DNA from: Balanoglossus misakiensis
Lineage: Eukaryota; Animalia; Hemichordata
Length of the DNA: 64,000 nucleotides
Reading direction: 5' to 3'
NCBI GenBank assembly: GCA_040954595.2
Contig: CM082586.2
Span: forward strand, 11,873,337-11,937,336
Position numbers and translations under genes: made by a program. The notes under the pieces were generated by a model, which did not search any database, had not been told where the DNA came from, and saw nothing but the letters and a program-made list of their open reading frames with translations. This document shows, piece by piece, positions 54,103 to 64,000 of the stretch (position 1 is its first letter; every line of letters begins with the position of its first letter).

Positions 54103-55554
54103 ATGGCTAGTAAGGAGGGTTTAGATAGTGAGGTCGTATTCAACATCGACTCGGGTATCGCAACTGGTACACGCGAGCAGGCCAGCAGTACACCACTGTC
54201 GAGTGGTGATAGGAGAGATTTGAATGCTTGGAAAGATGCGTTATGTGAGGAACAAGGGAGACTTGAGAAGGAAAATGTTGAATTGCAAAAGGCATGGGAA
54301 TCTTTTCATTTAGCAGAATCGAGTACAAAGAAGGATTCTGATGTGTCTAGAAAAAGGCGGGAAGAATCGCCAGCGCGCGAGAAATTGTTTTTGCAACAAT
54401 TCGAAACACCTGCAGTTTCCGTTGCTAAGGAAGAATGTTGCGTTGGTATGGAAATAACCCCTGACCCCCAAAAGGGAGTCATTCATGCCAGCCAGCGCCA
54501 CGTGGACAACAGTCCACGTTCTTATAGTTCTATGGAAGTCAACACTTCTCGTTCTCCAGTAGGCCTATCTGACGAATACGCGGGCAAATGTAGACGCGCG
54601 GCTTCTAACAAAACGAGTGAAATGTTTCCCGATCTTCCAGCGGAAACAGTACACACTAGAACGAGGGCATGGGTAGATGAACAAACCCTGCCTTCAAAGC
54701 ATGGTGCTTATCGCTCTAGACTTATACCTGAACGGTATTCTGGCGATGTTTCTTGGGATATATATAAGATTCACTTTACCATATACTGCGATATGCATAA
54801 ATTGAATGAGAGAGAGCGCAAAGAGTATTTGCTTGCAATGTTAACAGGTCCTGCGCTGCAACTTCTGAATTATGTGGATATTCAGCAGTTGACCTACCAA
54901 CAACTGTGTGAGCGGCTTGCTGCACGTTTTGGGTCAATCGGAAAAAGAGATATCTGTCGACTGCGTCTGAAACAGCGGCAGCGTAACGAAGGCGAGAGTT
55001 TACAAAGTTTGGCTCAAGATATAAGAGAGCTTGTAGCTGTTGCATATCCAGAGACAAAAGGCGACATGTTTGAACAACTTTGTATAGATGCATACTTCAA
55101 TGCGGTTGACGTACCAGAAGTATGTAGAAAGATAAATGAAGCAGCCCGAAAACAAGGGTGCACATTCGATGATGTTATCAGAGAAAGTATCCATGAAGAA
55201 AATTATTTGATGTTATCCGGATCGTTGCCGAACACCAATACTAGAAAGCGTGCTGGTGTCAAGGCTGTGGGGGAACATGAGGGTGCCACCAGTGTGTTGT
55301 CTGAGATGACAGCAGCAATGGCTAAAATACAACAAAATATGGAAATGTTGAAAGGGGAGATTTCAGCCCTTAAGGTCAATAAATCTACTGAAGGTCAAAG
55401 TTCAACGGGTAGTAAGAAGGGAAATCCTACACCCAGGGTGTGCTACCAGTGTGGTCAGCCAGGGCATATTCGCAGGTACTGCCCATTGTTGAAACCCCAA
55501 TATCCGTTAAACTTGGGTGGACTGGGCGTACAGCCCAACCCCCAGTCCCAATAA
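54103..55554 (+). CDS. gag: Gag polyprotein (483 aa from the first ATG)
   Basis: Open frame; PERYSGDVSW..Y capsid-like start, RQRNEGESLQSL (major-homology-like), zinc knuckle CYQCGQPGHIRRYC. Confidence 0.93.
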   Translation: MASKEGLDSEVVFNIDSGIATGTREQASSTPLSSGDRRDLNAWKDALCEEQGRLEKENVELQKAWESFHLAESSTKKDSDVSRKRREESPAREKLFLQQFETPAVSVAKEECCVGMEITPDPQKGVIHASQRHVDNSPRSYSSMEVNTSRSPVGLSDEYAGKCRRAASNKTSEMFPDLPAETVHTRTRAWVDEQTLPSKHGAYRSRLIPERYSGDVSWDIYKIHFTIYCDMHKLNERERKEYLLAMLTGPALQLLNYVDIQQLTYQQLCERLAARFGSIGKRDICRLRLKQRQRNEGESLQSLAQDIRELVAVAYPETKGDMFEQLCIDAYFNAVDVPEVCRKINEAARKQGCTFDDVIRESIHEENYLMLSGSLPNTNTRKRAGVKAVGEHEGATSVLSEMTAAMAKIQQNMEMLKGEISALKVNKSTEGQSSTGSKKGNPTPRVCYQCGQPGHIRRYCPLLKPQYPLNLGGLGVQPNPQSQ

Positions 55555-58500
55555 ATAAGGACATTAGCGATCAGGCCAGATATGGCGCTAATGGTTTAAA
55601 GGGCTCAGTGACTACTAATACTAAAGATACAAAATCATTGAACAACATTACCGTCGATCATAATTTGAGTCATTCATCTTGGTGTGGTAAAACTAGATTG
55701 TTCACTGACATTGCCATTCAGGGTATACCGGGTCGTATTCAGATTGACACAGGTGCTACTGACACTTTCCTGGCAGAGCACTGGTATTCAAAAATTCCAA
55801 TGGATGAGCGACCTCCGCTATATCATCTCAAGGAGGCTGTCAGTGCTTTTGGTAATAATAAACAAGAAGTTCTTGGGTTTTGTTATTTAGACGTGACCTT
55901 AAAGGGAACACATGCTAGGGTACCTGTCTATGTGGTTGAGTTGGAACCATGGGACCTAGGTGTTCTTGGTCTTTCAGCAATTGGCCCATTAAATGTAAAG
56001 ATTGACGCCTGTGCTGGGGTATTACACGTTAATGGGGAAATCATTACATGTCATGACAAACCTATCACGCCAAGGGGGACCAAGCCTTATGTTACTCGAC
56101 TGAGGGTTGATAGAGATGTTGTTATCCCTGCATGTAGCGAGACCATGGTATTTTGTAGAAAGGCAAAATTACCTGTAGACGGGCAGCTGGGCTTCATGGA
56201 AGGGCACCCTCGAGTGGCTAGTGTTAAACGGTTGACGAGGGCCCGAGTCTGCACCGAGGATTCAGGTGATTTCACTGCCATGGTCTTGCCCACCACATCA
56301 GTCAAGGGGTTTACTGATGGTGTGGGTGTATGCCATGCCGTAGTAAACCCATGGGATTCAAGAATCCCCTTGAGAGTTCTTAATGTTAACGAAACTGATC
56401 ATCATGTAAAAGCTGGGACTGTACTGGCATTACTTAGGGTTGAGCATGGGGAAATAGAGCCATTTGATTTATCTCCGAGTGATTCTAAGGGGACTGGAGC
56501 GATATCCATAAAAACTATGGATGGAAACACTACATGTGATACTGTGATACCTGACCATCTTTCTGATTTGTATGAAAAAAGTAGTAGACTCTTAGATGAA
56601 AAACAGAAACAAGAATTGGCTGATTTACTGGTTAAGTCAGCCGATGTCTTTAGTCGGAATGATAGGGACATAGGTAGGTCGGATATTATTAAACATAAGG
56701 TGGTGCTCGATGGCAATCCCGTCAGACAACGACCATATCGTACGCCTATCTGGAAACAGGAAGAAGTGGACAGACAGGTGAAAGATTTACTAGATAGGGG
56801 TTTGATTGAAGAGTCCACAAGTCCGTGGGCTTCTCCAGTAGTCCTGGTTAAAAAGAAGGACGGGTCCCAACGTCTGGGTGTAGACTATAGAAAATTGAAT
56901 GCGCTGACAGTGAAAGACAGTTTTCCACTTCCCAGAATCGATGATGCCCTTGAGTCCTTACATGGGGCAGAGTGGTTTTCCACCCTTGATTTGCAATCTG
57001 GGTACTGGCAAATTGAATTAGACCCAGATTCACAACCGTACACAGCGTTCTGCACTAAGACAGGCTTATATCAGTGGAAAGTCCTCCCGTTTGGACTAAC
57101 TAATGCACCCAGTACTTTTGAAAGGATCATGGAGCGGTGTTTTAGTGGATTATCATGGAAAATCCTTTTATTGTATTTGGATGATGTTATTGTCTTCGCA
57201 AAGTCATTTGAGGACGAACTAGCGCGACTCAAAATGGTATTCGATCGCTTACGACAGGCTGGGCTTAAGTTGAAGCCAAATAAATGTGTGTTGTTTGCTA
57301 CCACTGTCGAGTTTTTGGGACATAACGTCTCAGCGGGAGGTGTTGCAACTGACTCGGGGAAGGTTGAGATTATTGAGAAATGGCCAACACCGGGGTCAGT
57401 GACAGAAGTACGTGCTTTTCTTGGCCTTGTTTCGTACTACAGACGATTTGTGAAAAATTTCGCCGAAATGGCAAGGCCTTTACATGACCTCACAAAGAAA
57501 AATGTTGTATTTGTATGGTCTGAAAAGTGCCAGGAAGCATTTGATGAATTGAAGCATGCTTTGACAGTGGCCCCTGTGTTGGCATTTCCGTCTGCAAATG
57601 ACACTTTTATATTGGATACGGATGCCAGTGGCACTGGCATCGGGGCTGTTTTAGCACAGGTGCAAGATGGCGTGGAACGCCCCATCAGTTACGGTGGTAG
57701 AGTGTTGTCAAGTGCAGAGCGCAAGTATTGTGTAACTAGAAAGGAGTTGCTTGTGGTGGTGAATTTTGTGAAGTATTATCGACACTACTTGCTTGGTCGT
57801 AAGTTTATTTTGCGTACGGATCATGCATCCTTGACTTGGCTGATGCGTTTCAAGAACCCAGAAGGGCAATTAGCCCATTGGTTGGAGCTATTACAACAGT
57901 TTGATTTTACTATTGTGCACAGACCAGGGTTACGCCATGCAAATGCAGATGCCCTGAGTCGGTTGCCGGCTTATGATTGTAAACAGTGTGGGCAGATGCA
58001 TGCTAGTACTGAGGCTCCCACCTGTCAGACAAAGACACAGGAAGAGTCTAGCCATGGCTGTTTTACGTTAAATCCGTCGGATAATGAATTCGGCCAAGTG
58101 AAGGAATTGCAAACAGGGTCCGTGATAAATCAGTATGGCAGGTCTGGTGTGGCCGCCAGATCTGCTGAGATTGAGACGGAGAGTATCTGTGAGGGGAACG
58201 GACAGGGTGATCCAGGGGTACTTGTCTCGAAACCAGTATGGTCAAATGAAGAACTTCGGGAAAAGCAATGCCGGGTTGCCGGTATGAAACTTTTGATTTG
58301 TGCTGTAGAGAATAAGGAAGCCAGGCCTAAGTGGGAGGATGTTTCTACCTTCTCTCCGGAGGTCAAAAATTGTTGGGCTTCATTCGACCATTTGCGTGTT
58401 GTAAATGGAGTATTATACAGGCTATTTGAGTCTGCCGATGGTTTACGTGTCCGGTGGCAATTGTACCTACCGCAGGATTGTCGAGAGTCAGTGTTGCAGG

Positions 58501-59948
58501 AATTACACACTGCCAAATCGGGGGGTCATTTGGGTATGGATAAGCTACTTTCTAAGGTGCGTCTGCGATATTTCTGGTCTGGTATGACGGCAGACGTTCG
58601 ATCTTTTGTTAGAGGTTGTGATATTTGCGCTTGTCGACAGTCTGTAGGTCGACGGAAGAAAGCGCCCTTACAGACTTATATCGTTGGTTGCCCGATGGAG
58701 AGGGTAGCCATAGACATCTTGGGGCCATTTCCAGAAAGCTCTAATGGCAATAAGAAGGTGCTAGTCTTTGCCGATTATTTTACAAAGTGGCTAGAGTGTG
58801 TCCCGATAAAAGATGAGAGGGCGGTAACTGTAGCCGAAGCCCTTGTAAGTAATGTGTTCAGCCGTTTTGGCATGCCCAAAGAAATTCACTCGGATAGGGG
58901 CAGAGATTTTATTTCATCCGTCTTCAGAGAGGTATGTTCTCTTGTGGGAACTTCCAAAACGTATACGACACCTCGCCATCCCCAGAGTGATGGAATGGTG
59001 GAAAGACACATGAAATTCATTGTTGGGTCTCTTAAGACATACTTGGAACCCAAGGCCCACCAACGTGACTGGGACACTTACTTGCCGTACGTTACCATGG
59101 CCTATAGGTCTGCTGTGCACTCCTCTACTGGGGAGAGTCCAAACATGCTGATGCTTGGGCGCGAAATTTCATTGCCTGTCGATCTGATGTTTGAAAATAA
59201 CCTCGAAAATGATGACAGTGTTGGGTCGGACTATGCTTGGACCCTGCGTTCCAAGATACAGGATGCCCATGCTTGGGCCAGGGAGCAGCTGAAACGCAGT
59301 GCTCGTATACAAAAGAAACAGTATGATAGATATCTGGACAAAGATGGACTCACTGCTGGAGAGTTTGTGTGGTTAAAGGATGAGCGACGGAAGAAGGGGT
59401 TTTGTCCCAAACTCCAGCTCAATTATGAGGGTCCGTATATGGTGGTTGGTCGAGTTTCTGATGTTGTGTACCGCATACAGCAGAGCCCTCGTGCGAAATA
59501 TAAGGTTGTTCATTTTGAGAAGTTGAAACGTTACGAGGGGAAACCACTTACCCCCTGGTTGGATCGCTCCTGCTTGCCCGATCTGGACCAGCGAATCCAG
59601 GATGGCATGCCAGAAACTGAATTGCCATCTAAGGCCGAAGAATCACTCCCAGCCGATCAGCCTTCCGACACACAGGACGACGGGAAGAATACTACCCAGT
59701 TATGTGGTGGAGAAGATACAGAGATTGTGAAACCAGTTGCTGGGATCGAACTTCTTGAAGACGATACCGAGGGTGTTGAACACCAGGACCTGGAACCCGT
59801 CGCTGGTTGTTCTATGGATGATACCGGGGATTACAGAACTGGTAATGCAGGGAACGAGATATTGACCAAGGATGGACCTGTGGTGACTGGACGATACCCC
59901 AGGAGGAGACGAAAACCAACAAACTTCTATGGATTTGGACAGAACTGA
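55440..59948 (+). CDS. pol: Pol polyprotein (protease, RT, RNase H, integrase), in the -1 frame relative to gag
   Basis: IDTGA (PR); LPRIDD, LDLQSGYWQI, LPFGLTNAP, YLDD (RT); TDAS, RTDH, NADALSR (RH); H..GGH..CDIC, IDILGP, HSDRG, MVER, GPY (IN). The ORF start is nominal; translation probably enters by frameshift near 55510. Confidence 0.97.
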   Translation: MLPVWSARAYSQVLPIVETPISVKLGWTGRTAQPPVPINKDISDQARYGANGLKGSVTTNTKDTKSLNNITVDHNLSHSSWCGKTRLFTDIAIQGIPGRIQIDTGATDTFLAEHWYSKIPMDERPPLYHLKEAVSAFGNNKQEVLGFCYLDVTLKGTHARVPVYVVELEPWDLGVLGLSAIGPLNVKIDACAGVLHVNGEIITCHDKPITPRGTKPYVTRLRVDRDVVIPACSETMVFCRKAKLPVDGQLGFMEGHPRVASVKRLTRARVCTEDSGDFTAMVLPTTSVKGFTDGVGVCHAVVNPWDSRIPLRVLNVNETDHHVKAGTVLALLRVEHGEIEPFDLSPSDSKGTGAISIKTMDGNTTCDTVIPDHLSDLYEKSSRLLDEKQKQELADLLVKSADVFSRNDRDIGRSDIIKHKVVLDGNPVRQRPYRTPIWKQEEVDRQVKDLLDRGLIEESTSPWASPVVLVKKKDGSQRLGVDYRKLNALTVKDSFPLPRIDDALESLHGAEWFSTLDLQSGYWQIELDPDSQPYTAFCTKTGLYQWKVLPFGLTNAPSTFERIMERCFSGLSWKILLLYLDDVIVFAKSFEDELARLKMVFDRLRQAGLKLKPNKCVLFATTVEFLGHNVSAGGVATDSGKVEIIEKWPTPGSVTEVRAFLGLVSYYRRFVKNFAEMARPLHDLTKKNVVFVWSEKCQEAFDELKHALTVAPVLAFPSANDTFILDTDASGTGIGAVLAQVQDGVERPISYGGRVLSSAERKYCVTRKELLVVVNFVKYYRHYLLGRKFILRTDHASLTWLMRFKNPEGQLAHWLELLQQFDFTIVHRPGLRHANADALSRLPAYDCKQCGQMHASTEAPTCQTKTQEESSHGCFTLNPSDNEFGQVKELQTGSVINQYGRSGVAARSAEIETESICEGNGQGDPGVLVSKPVWSNEELREKQCRVAGMKLLICAVENKEARPKWEDVSTFSPEVKNCWASFDHLRVVNGVLYRLFESADGLRVRWQLYLPQDCRESVLQELHTAKSGGHLGMDKLLSKVRLRYFWSGMTADVRSFVRGCDICACRQSVGRRKKAPLQTYIVGCPMERVAIDILGPFPESSNGNKKVLVFADYFTKWLECVPIKDERAVTVAEALVSNVFSRFGMPKEIHSDRGRDFISSVFREVCSLVGTSKTYTTPRHPQSDGMVERHMKFIVGSLKTYLEPKAHQRDWDTYLPYVTMAYRSAVHSSTGESPNMLMLGREISLPVDLMFENNLENDDSVGSDYAWTLRSKIQDAHAWAREQLKRSARIQKKQYDRYLDKDGLTAGEFVWLKDERRKKGFCPKLQLNYEGPYMVVGRVSDVVYRIQQSPRAKYKVVHFEKLKRYEGKPLTPWLDRSCLPDLDQRIQDGMPETELPSKAEESLPADQPSDTQDDGKNTTQLCGGEDTEIVKPVAGIELLEDDTEGVEHQDLEPVAGCSMDDTGDYRTGNAGNEILTKDGPVVTGRYPRRRRKPTNFYGFGQN
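55506..55548 (+). promoter_or_regulatory. Putative -1 programmed ribosomal frameshift signal
   Basis: G_TTA_AAC in the gag frame (55506-55512), 6-nt spacer, 8-bp stem GGACTGGG (55519-55526) / CCCAGTCC (55541-55548), just before the gag stop. Confidence 0.7.
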
Positions 59949-60102
59949 CCTGTTGGGGATGTTAACTGTTGACTGACTTTAAGATGAAGCGTTGAACCAT
60001 AGGAATTTAACTGTATGAACTCTTAATGCACTTTTATGCCACAGTGGCAATGACAATGACATTATGTTATCGTTAGACTCAAACATACGAGTAGTTTGGT
60101 CT

Positions 60103-60112
60103 AGGGAGGGGG
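60103..60112 (+). promoter_or_regulatory. Polypurine tract
   Basis: AGGGAGGGGG, 2 nt before the 3' LTR. Confidence 0.92.
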
Positions 60113-60114
60113 TA

Positions 60115-60705
60115 TGTGATGGAAATTCTCCATGTTGTCATTCTCATTTGCCTGACGTTATTACCAGTGCCATAGATTGTTCTGCCTTCGTATACAGATA
60201 ACTGGTGGCGTTCTTTATAACGCGAGTTTATGCATGCTTGTTCAGAAAAGAGTACTTCAATTCGATTGTTCTAGTGTTGTGTTCGTTTGACCAAATACAG
60301 TTTGTTGCCTTTCCCTATAAAATGACAGGGACACGCCTTCCCGTCGACTTTCGGCCAATGGCAGTGGGAGGCTCATGTCACCTGACCTGTCAAGGGATGC
60401 GTCGTTTTCACTCGTGCTTAGGAGAAGTGGTGAGATTGGAGCTGTAACCTGCTGAGTTCGGACGTTTTTGTCGACCGTCTTAGTAATACATTGAGTTTCT
60501 TTTATTGCTGCTATTTGTGTTGTGCGTTATTACTTCGCCCTTTCTGGGAGACCCATTGTATCAAGGTTGAGCTGGGCCCGCGATTGGCGTACGCTACCGA
60601 GACAACTATTTTGGTGTGTGGACCTCACCAGTCTATCCGCGTGGATTCGAACCGTGACGGGCGTTTGTTGCGGACCCGCGTAGCTAGAAATATAATTCCG
60701 CGACA
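60115..60705 (+). repeat. 3' LTR (591 bp)
   Basis: Direct repeat of 53289-53879 at offset 6826. Confidence 0.98.
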
Positions 60706-63700
60706 ATATCCAGTTATGTGACCATTCTTTGAATTCCATTTATGATGTAAGAAATTAAATTTTATGCAATATTAATCTATCCCTTACAACATTTCAGCAT
60801 AACTCTTTCCATATTTGTTTTCATTCTGTGACTGTTCCACTTAAATCTTGTAGAGAATTTGGTATTTCAACACAAATTCTTGAACCTATACATAAGTCTT
60901 TTTAGTAAAACATATCCAGTTATGTGACCATTCTTTGAATTCCATTTATGATGTAAGAAATTAAATTTTATGCAGTATTATTCTATCCCTTACAACATTC
61001 CAGCATAACTCTTTCCATATTTGTTTTCATTCTGTGACTATTCCACTTAAATCTTGTAGAGAATTCGTTATTCCAAAACAAAGCCTTCAAACTATACATA
61101 TTAAGTCTTTTTAGTAAAGCATGGCCTGTTATGTGACCATTCTTTGAATTCTATTTATGATGTAAGAAATTTATTTTTTTGCAATATTAATCTATCCCTT
61201 ACAACATTCCAGCATAACTATTTCAATATTTGTTTTCATTCTGTAACTGTTCCACTTAAATCTTGGAGAGAATTCGGAATTTCAACACAAACCCTTGAAA
61301 CTATACAGAAGTTTTTTAGTAAAACATGGCCCGTTATGTGACCATTCTTTGAATTCCATTTATGATGTAAGAAATTAAATTATTTGCAATATTAATCTAT
61401 CCCTTACAACATTCCGGCATAACTCTTTCCATATTTGTTTTCATTCTGTGACTGTTCCACTTAAATCTTGTAGAGAATTCGTTATTCCAAAACAAAGCCT
61501 TGAAAATATACATATCCTGTTATGTGACCTTTCTTTGAATACCATTTATGATGTAAGAAATTACATTATTTGCAATATTAATCTATCCCTTACAACATTC
61601 CAGCAAAACTCTTTCCATATTTGTTTTCATTTTGTGACTGTTGCACTTAATTCTTGTAGTGAATTCGTTATTCCAAAACAAAGCCTTGAAACTATACATA
61701 TCCTGTTACGTGACCTTTCTTTGAATACCATTTATGATGTAACAAATTACATTATTTGCAATATTAATCTATCCCTTACAACATCTCAGCATAACTCTTT
61801 CCATATTTGATTTCATATCCTGTTACGTGACCTTTCTTTGAATACCATTTATGATGTAAGAAATTACATTATTTGCAATATTAATCTATCCCATACAACA
61901 TTCCAGCATAACTCTTTCCATATTTGTTTTCATTCTGTGACTGTTCCACTTAAATCTTGTAGAAATTCGTTATTCCAAAACAAAGCCTTGAAACTATACA
62001 TATCCTGTTATGTGACCTTTCTTTGAATACCATTTATGATGTAAGAAATTACATTATTTGCAATATTAATCTATCCCATACAAAATTCCAGCATAACTCT
62101 TTCCATATTTGTTTTCATTCTGTGACTGTTCCACTTAAATCTTGTAGAGAATTCGTTATTCCAAAACAAAGCCTTGAAACTATACATATCCTGTTATGTT
62201 ACCTTTCTTTGAATACCATTTATGATGTAACAAATTACATTATTGCAATATTAATTCATCCCTTACAACATCTCAGCATAACTCTTTCCATATTTGTTTT
62301 CATTTTGTGACTGTTCCACTTAAATCTTGGAAAGAATTTGGTATTTCAACACAAAGCCTTGAAACTATACATATCCTGTTACGTGACCTTTCTTTGAATT
62401 CCATTTATGATGTAAGAAATTAAATTCTTTGCAACATTAATCTATCCCTTACAACATTCCAGCATAACTCTTTCCATATTTGTTTTAATTCTGTGACTGT
62501 TCCACTTAAATCTTGGAGAGAATTCGGTATTTCAACACAAACCCTTGAAACTATACATAAGTCTTTTTAGTAAAGCATGGCCTGTTATGTGACCATTCTT
62601 TGAATTCTATTTATGATGTAAGAAATTTATTTTTTTGCAATATTGATCTATCCCTTACAACATTCCAGCATAACTATTTCAATATTTGTTTTCATTCTGT
62701 AACTGTTCCACTTAAATCTTGGAGAGAATTCGGAATTTCAACACAAACCCTTGAAACTATACAGAAGTTTTTTAGTAAAACATGGCCCGTTATGTGACCA
62801 TTCTTTGAATTCCATTTATGATGTAAGAAATTAAATTATTTGCAATATTAATCTATCCCTTACAACATTCCGGCATAACTCTTTCCATATTTGTTTTCAT
62901 TCTGTGACTGTTCCACTTAAATCTTGTAGAGAATTCGTTATTCCAAAACAAAGCCTTGAAAATATACATATCCTGTTATGTGACCTTTCTTTGAATACCA
63001 TTTATGATGTAAGAAATTACATTATTTGCAATATTAATCTATCCCTTATAACATTCCAGCAAAACTCTTTCCATATTTGTTTTCATTTTGTGACTGTTGC
63101 ACTTAATTCTTGTAGTGAATTCGTTATTCCAAAACAAAGCCTTGAAACTATACATATCCTGTTACGTGACCTTTCTTTGAATACCATTTATGATGTAAGA
63201 AATTACATTATTTGCAATATTAATCTATCCCTTACAACATCTCAGCATAACTCTTTCCACATTTGTTTTCATATCCTGTTACGTGACCTTTCTTTGAATA
63301 CCATTTATGATGTAAGAAATTACATTATTTGCAATATTAATCTATCCCATACAACATTCCAGCATAACTCTTTCCATATTTGTTTTCATTCTGTGACTGT
63401 TCCACTTAAATCTAGTAGAGAATTCGTTATTCCAAAACAAAGCCTTGAAACTATACATATCCTGTTATGTGACCTTTCTTTGAATACCATTTATGATGTA
63501 AGAAATTACATTATTTGCAATATTAATCTATCCCTTACAACATTCCAGCAAAAATCTTTCCATATTTGTTTTCATTTTGTGACTGTTGCACTTAATTCTT
63601 GTAGTGAATTCGTTATTCCAAAACAAAGCCTTGAAACTATACATATCCTGTTACGTGACCTTTCTTTGAATACCATTTATGATGTAACAAATTACATTAT

Positions 63701-64000
63701 TTGCAATATTAATCTATCCCTTACAACATCTCAGCATAACTCTTTCCATATTTGTTTTCATTTTGTGACTGTTCCACTTAAATCTTGGAAAGAATTTGGT
63801 ATTTCAACACAAAGCCTTGAAACTATACATATCCTGTTACGTGACCTTTCTTTGAATACCATTTATGATGTAAGAAATTACATTATTTGCAATATTAATC
63901 TATCCCATACAACATTCCAGCATAACTCTTTCCATATTTGTTTTCATTCTGTGACTGTTCCACTTAAATCTTGTAGAGAATTCGTTATTCCAAAACAAAG
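60706..64000 (+). repeat. AT-rich satellite, segment 3 (distinct subfamily from about 61.1 kb, mostly 186-bp monomers)
   Basis: Resumes in register after the TSD; diagnostic variants GAATACC (one EcoRI site lost) and AAATTACATT; block repeat of 1456 bp (61144 vs 62600). Confidence 0.99.

Larger units (their letters stand above)
53289..60705 (+). mobile_element. Full-length Ty3/Gypsy LTR retrotransposon, 7417 bp
   Basis: Two 591-bp TG...CA LTRs, 4-bp TSD ATAT (53285-53288 and 60706-60709), PBS, PPT, gag and pol with PR-RT-RH-IN order, no env. Confidence 0.98.

Noticed and set aside
54140-59422. Antisense and alternate-frame ORFs over gag and pol
   Set aside because: Expected shadows of long coding frames; no recognisable domains.
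59540-60114. env gene or chromodomain in the Gypsy element
   Set aside because: Only about 165 bp lie between the pol stop and the 3' LTR, and the Pol tail is acidic and low-complexity with no chromodomain pattern.
7221-64000. CRISPR array
   Set aside because: Whole 186/206-bp units repeat with no unique spacers, there are no cas genes, and the context is eukaryotic.

Overview
Eukaryotic (probably invertebrate animal) heterochromatin-type window; it is not prokaryotic and has no CRISPR array. From left to right: (1) 1-920, putative minus-strand spliced exons of an unidentified gene, two of which look like paralogous copies; (2) about 3110-7222, a degraded, 5'-truncated tyrosine-recombinase (DIRS-order, Ngaro-like) retrotransposon on the minus strand; (3) 7221-64000, about 47.6 kb (roughly 240 monomers, all head-to-tail) of an AT-rich satellite with 186-bp and 206-bp monomer classes and local higher-order structure. 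The satellite is interrupted by (4) a 1.76-kb non-autonomous Helentron-type element (HINE/DINE-like) at 20278-22040 with its own 239-bp internal tandem array, and (5) a young, full-length Ty3/Gypsy LTR retrotransposon at 53289-60705 with 591-bp LTRs, an ATAT target-site duplication, a tRNA-Leu-like PBS and open gag and pol. The best leads are in the Gypsy element: a CENP-C-motif-like peptide at the integrase C-terminus, an antisense A-box/B-box-like pair in the LTR, and a clear -1 frameshift signal. All counts and alignments were made by eye.
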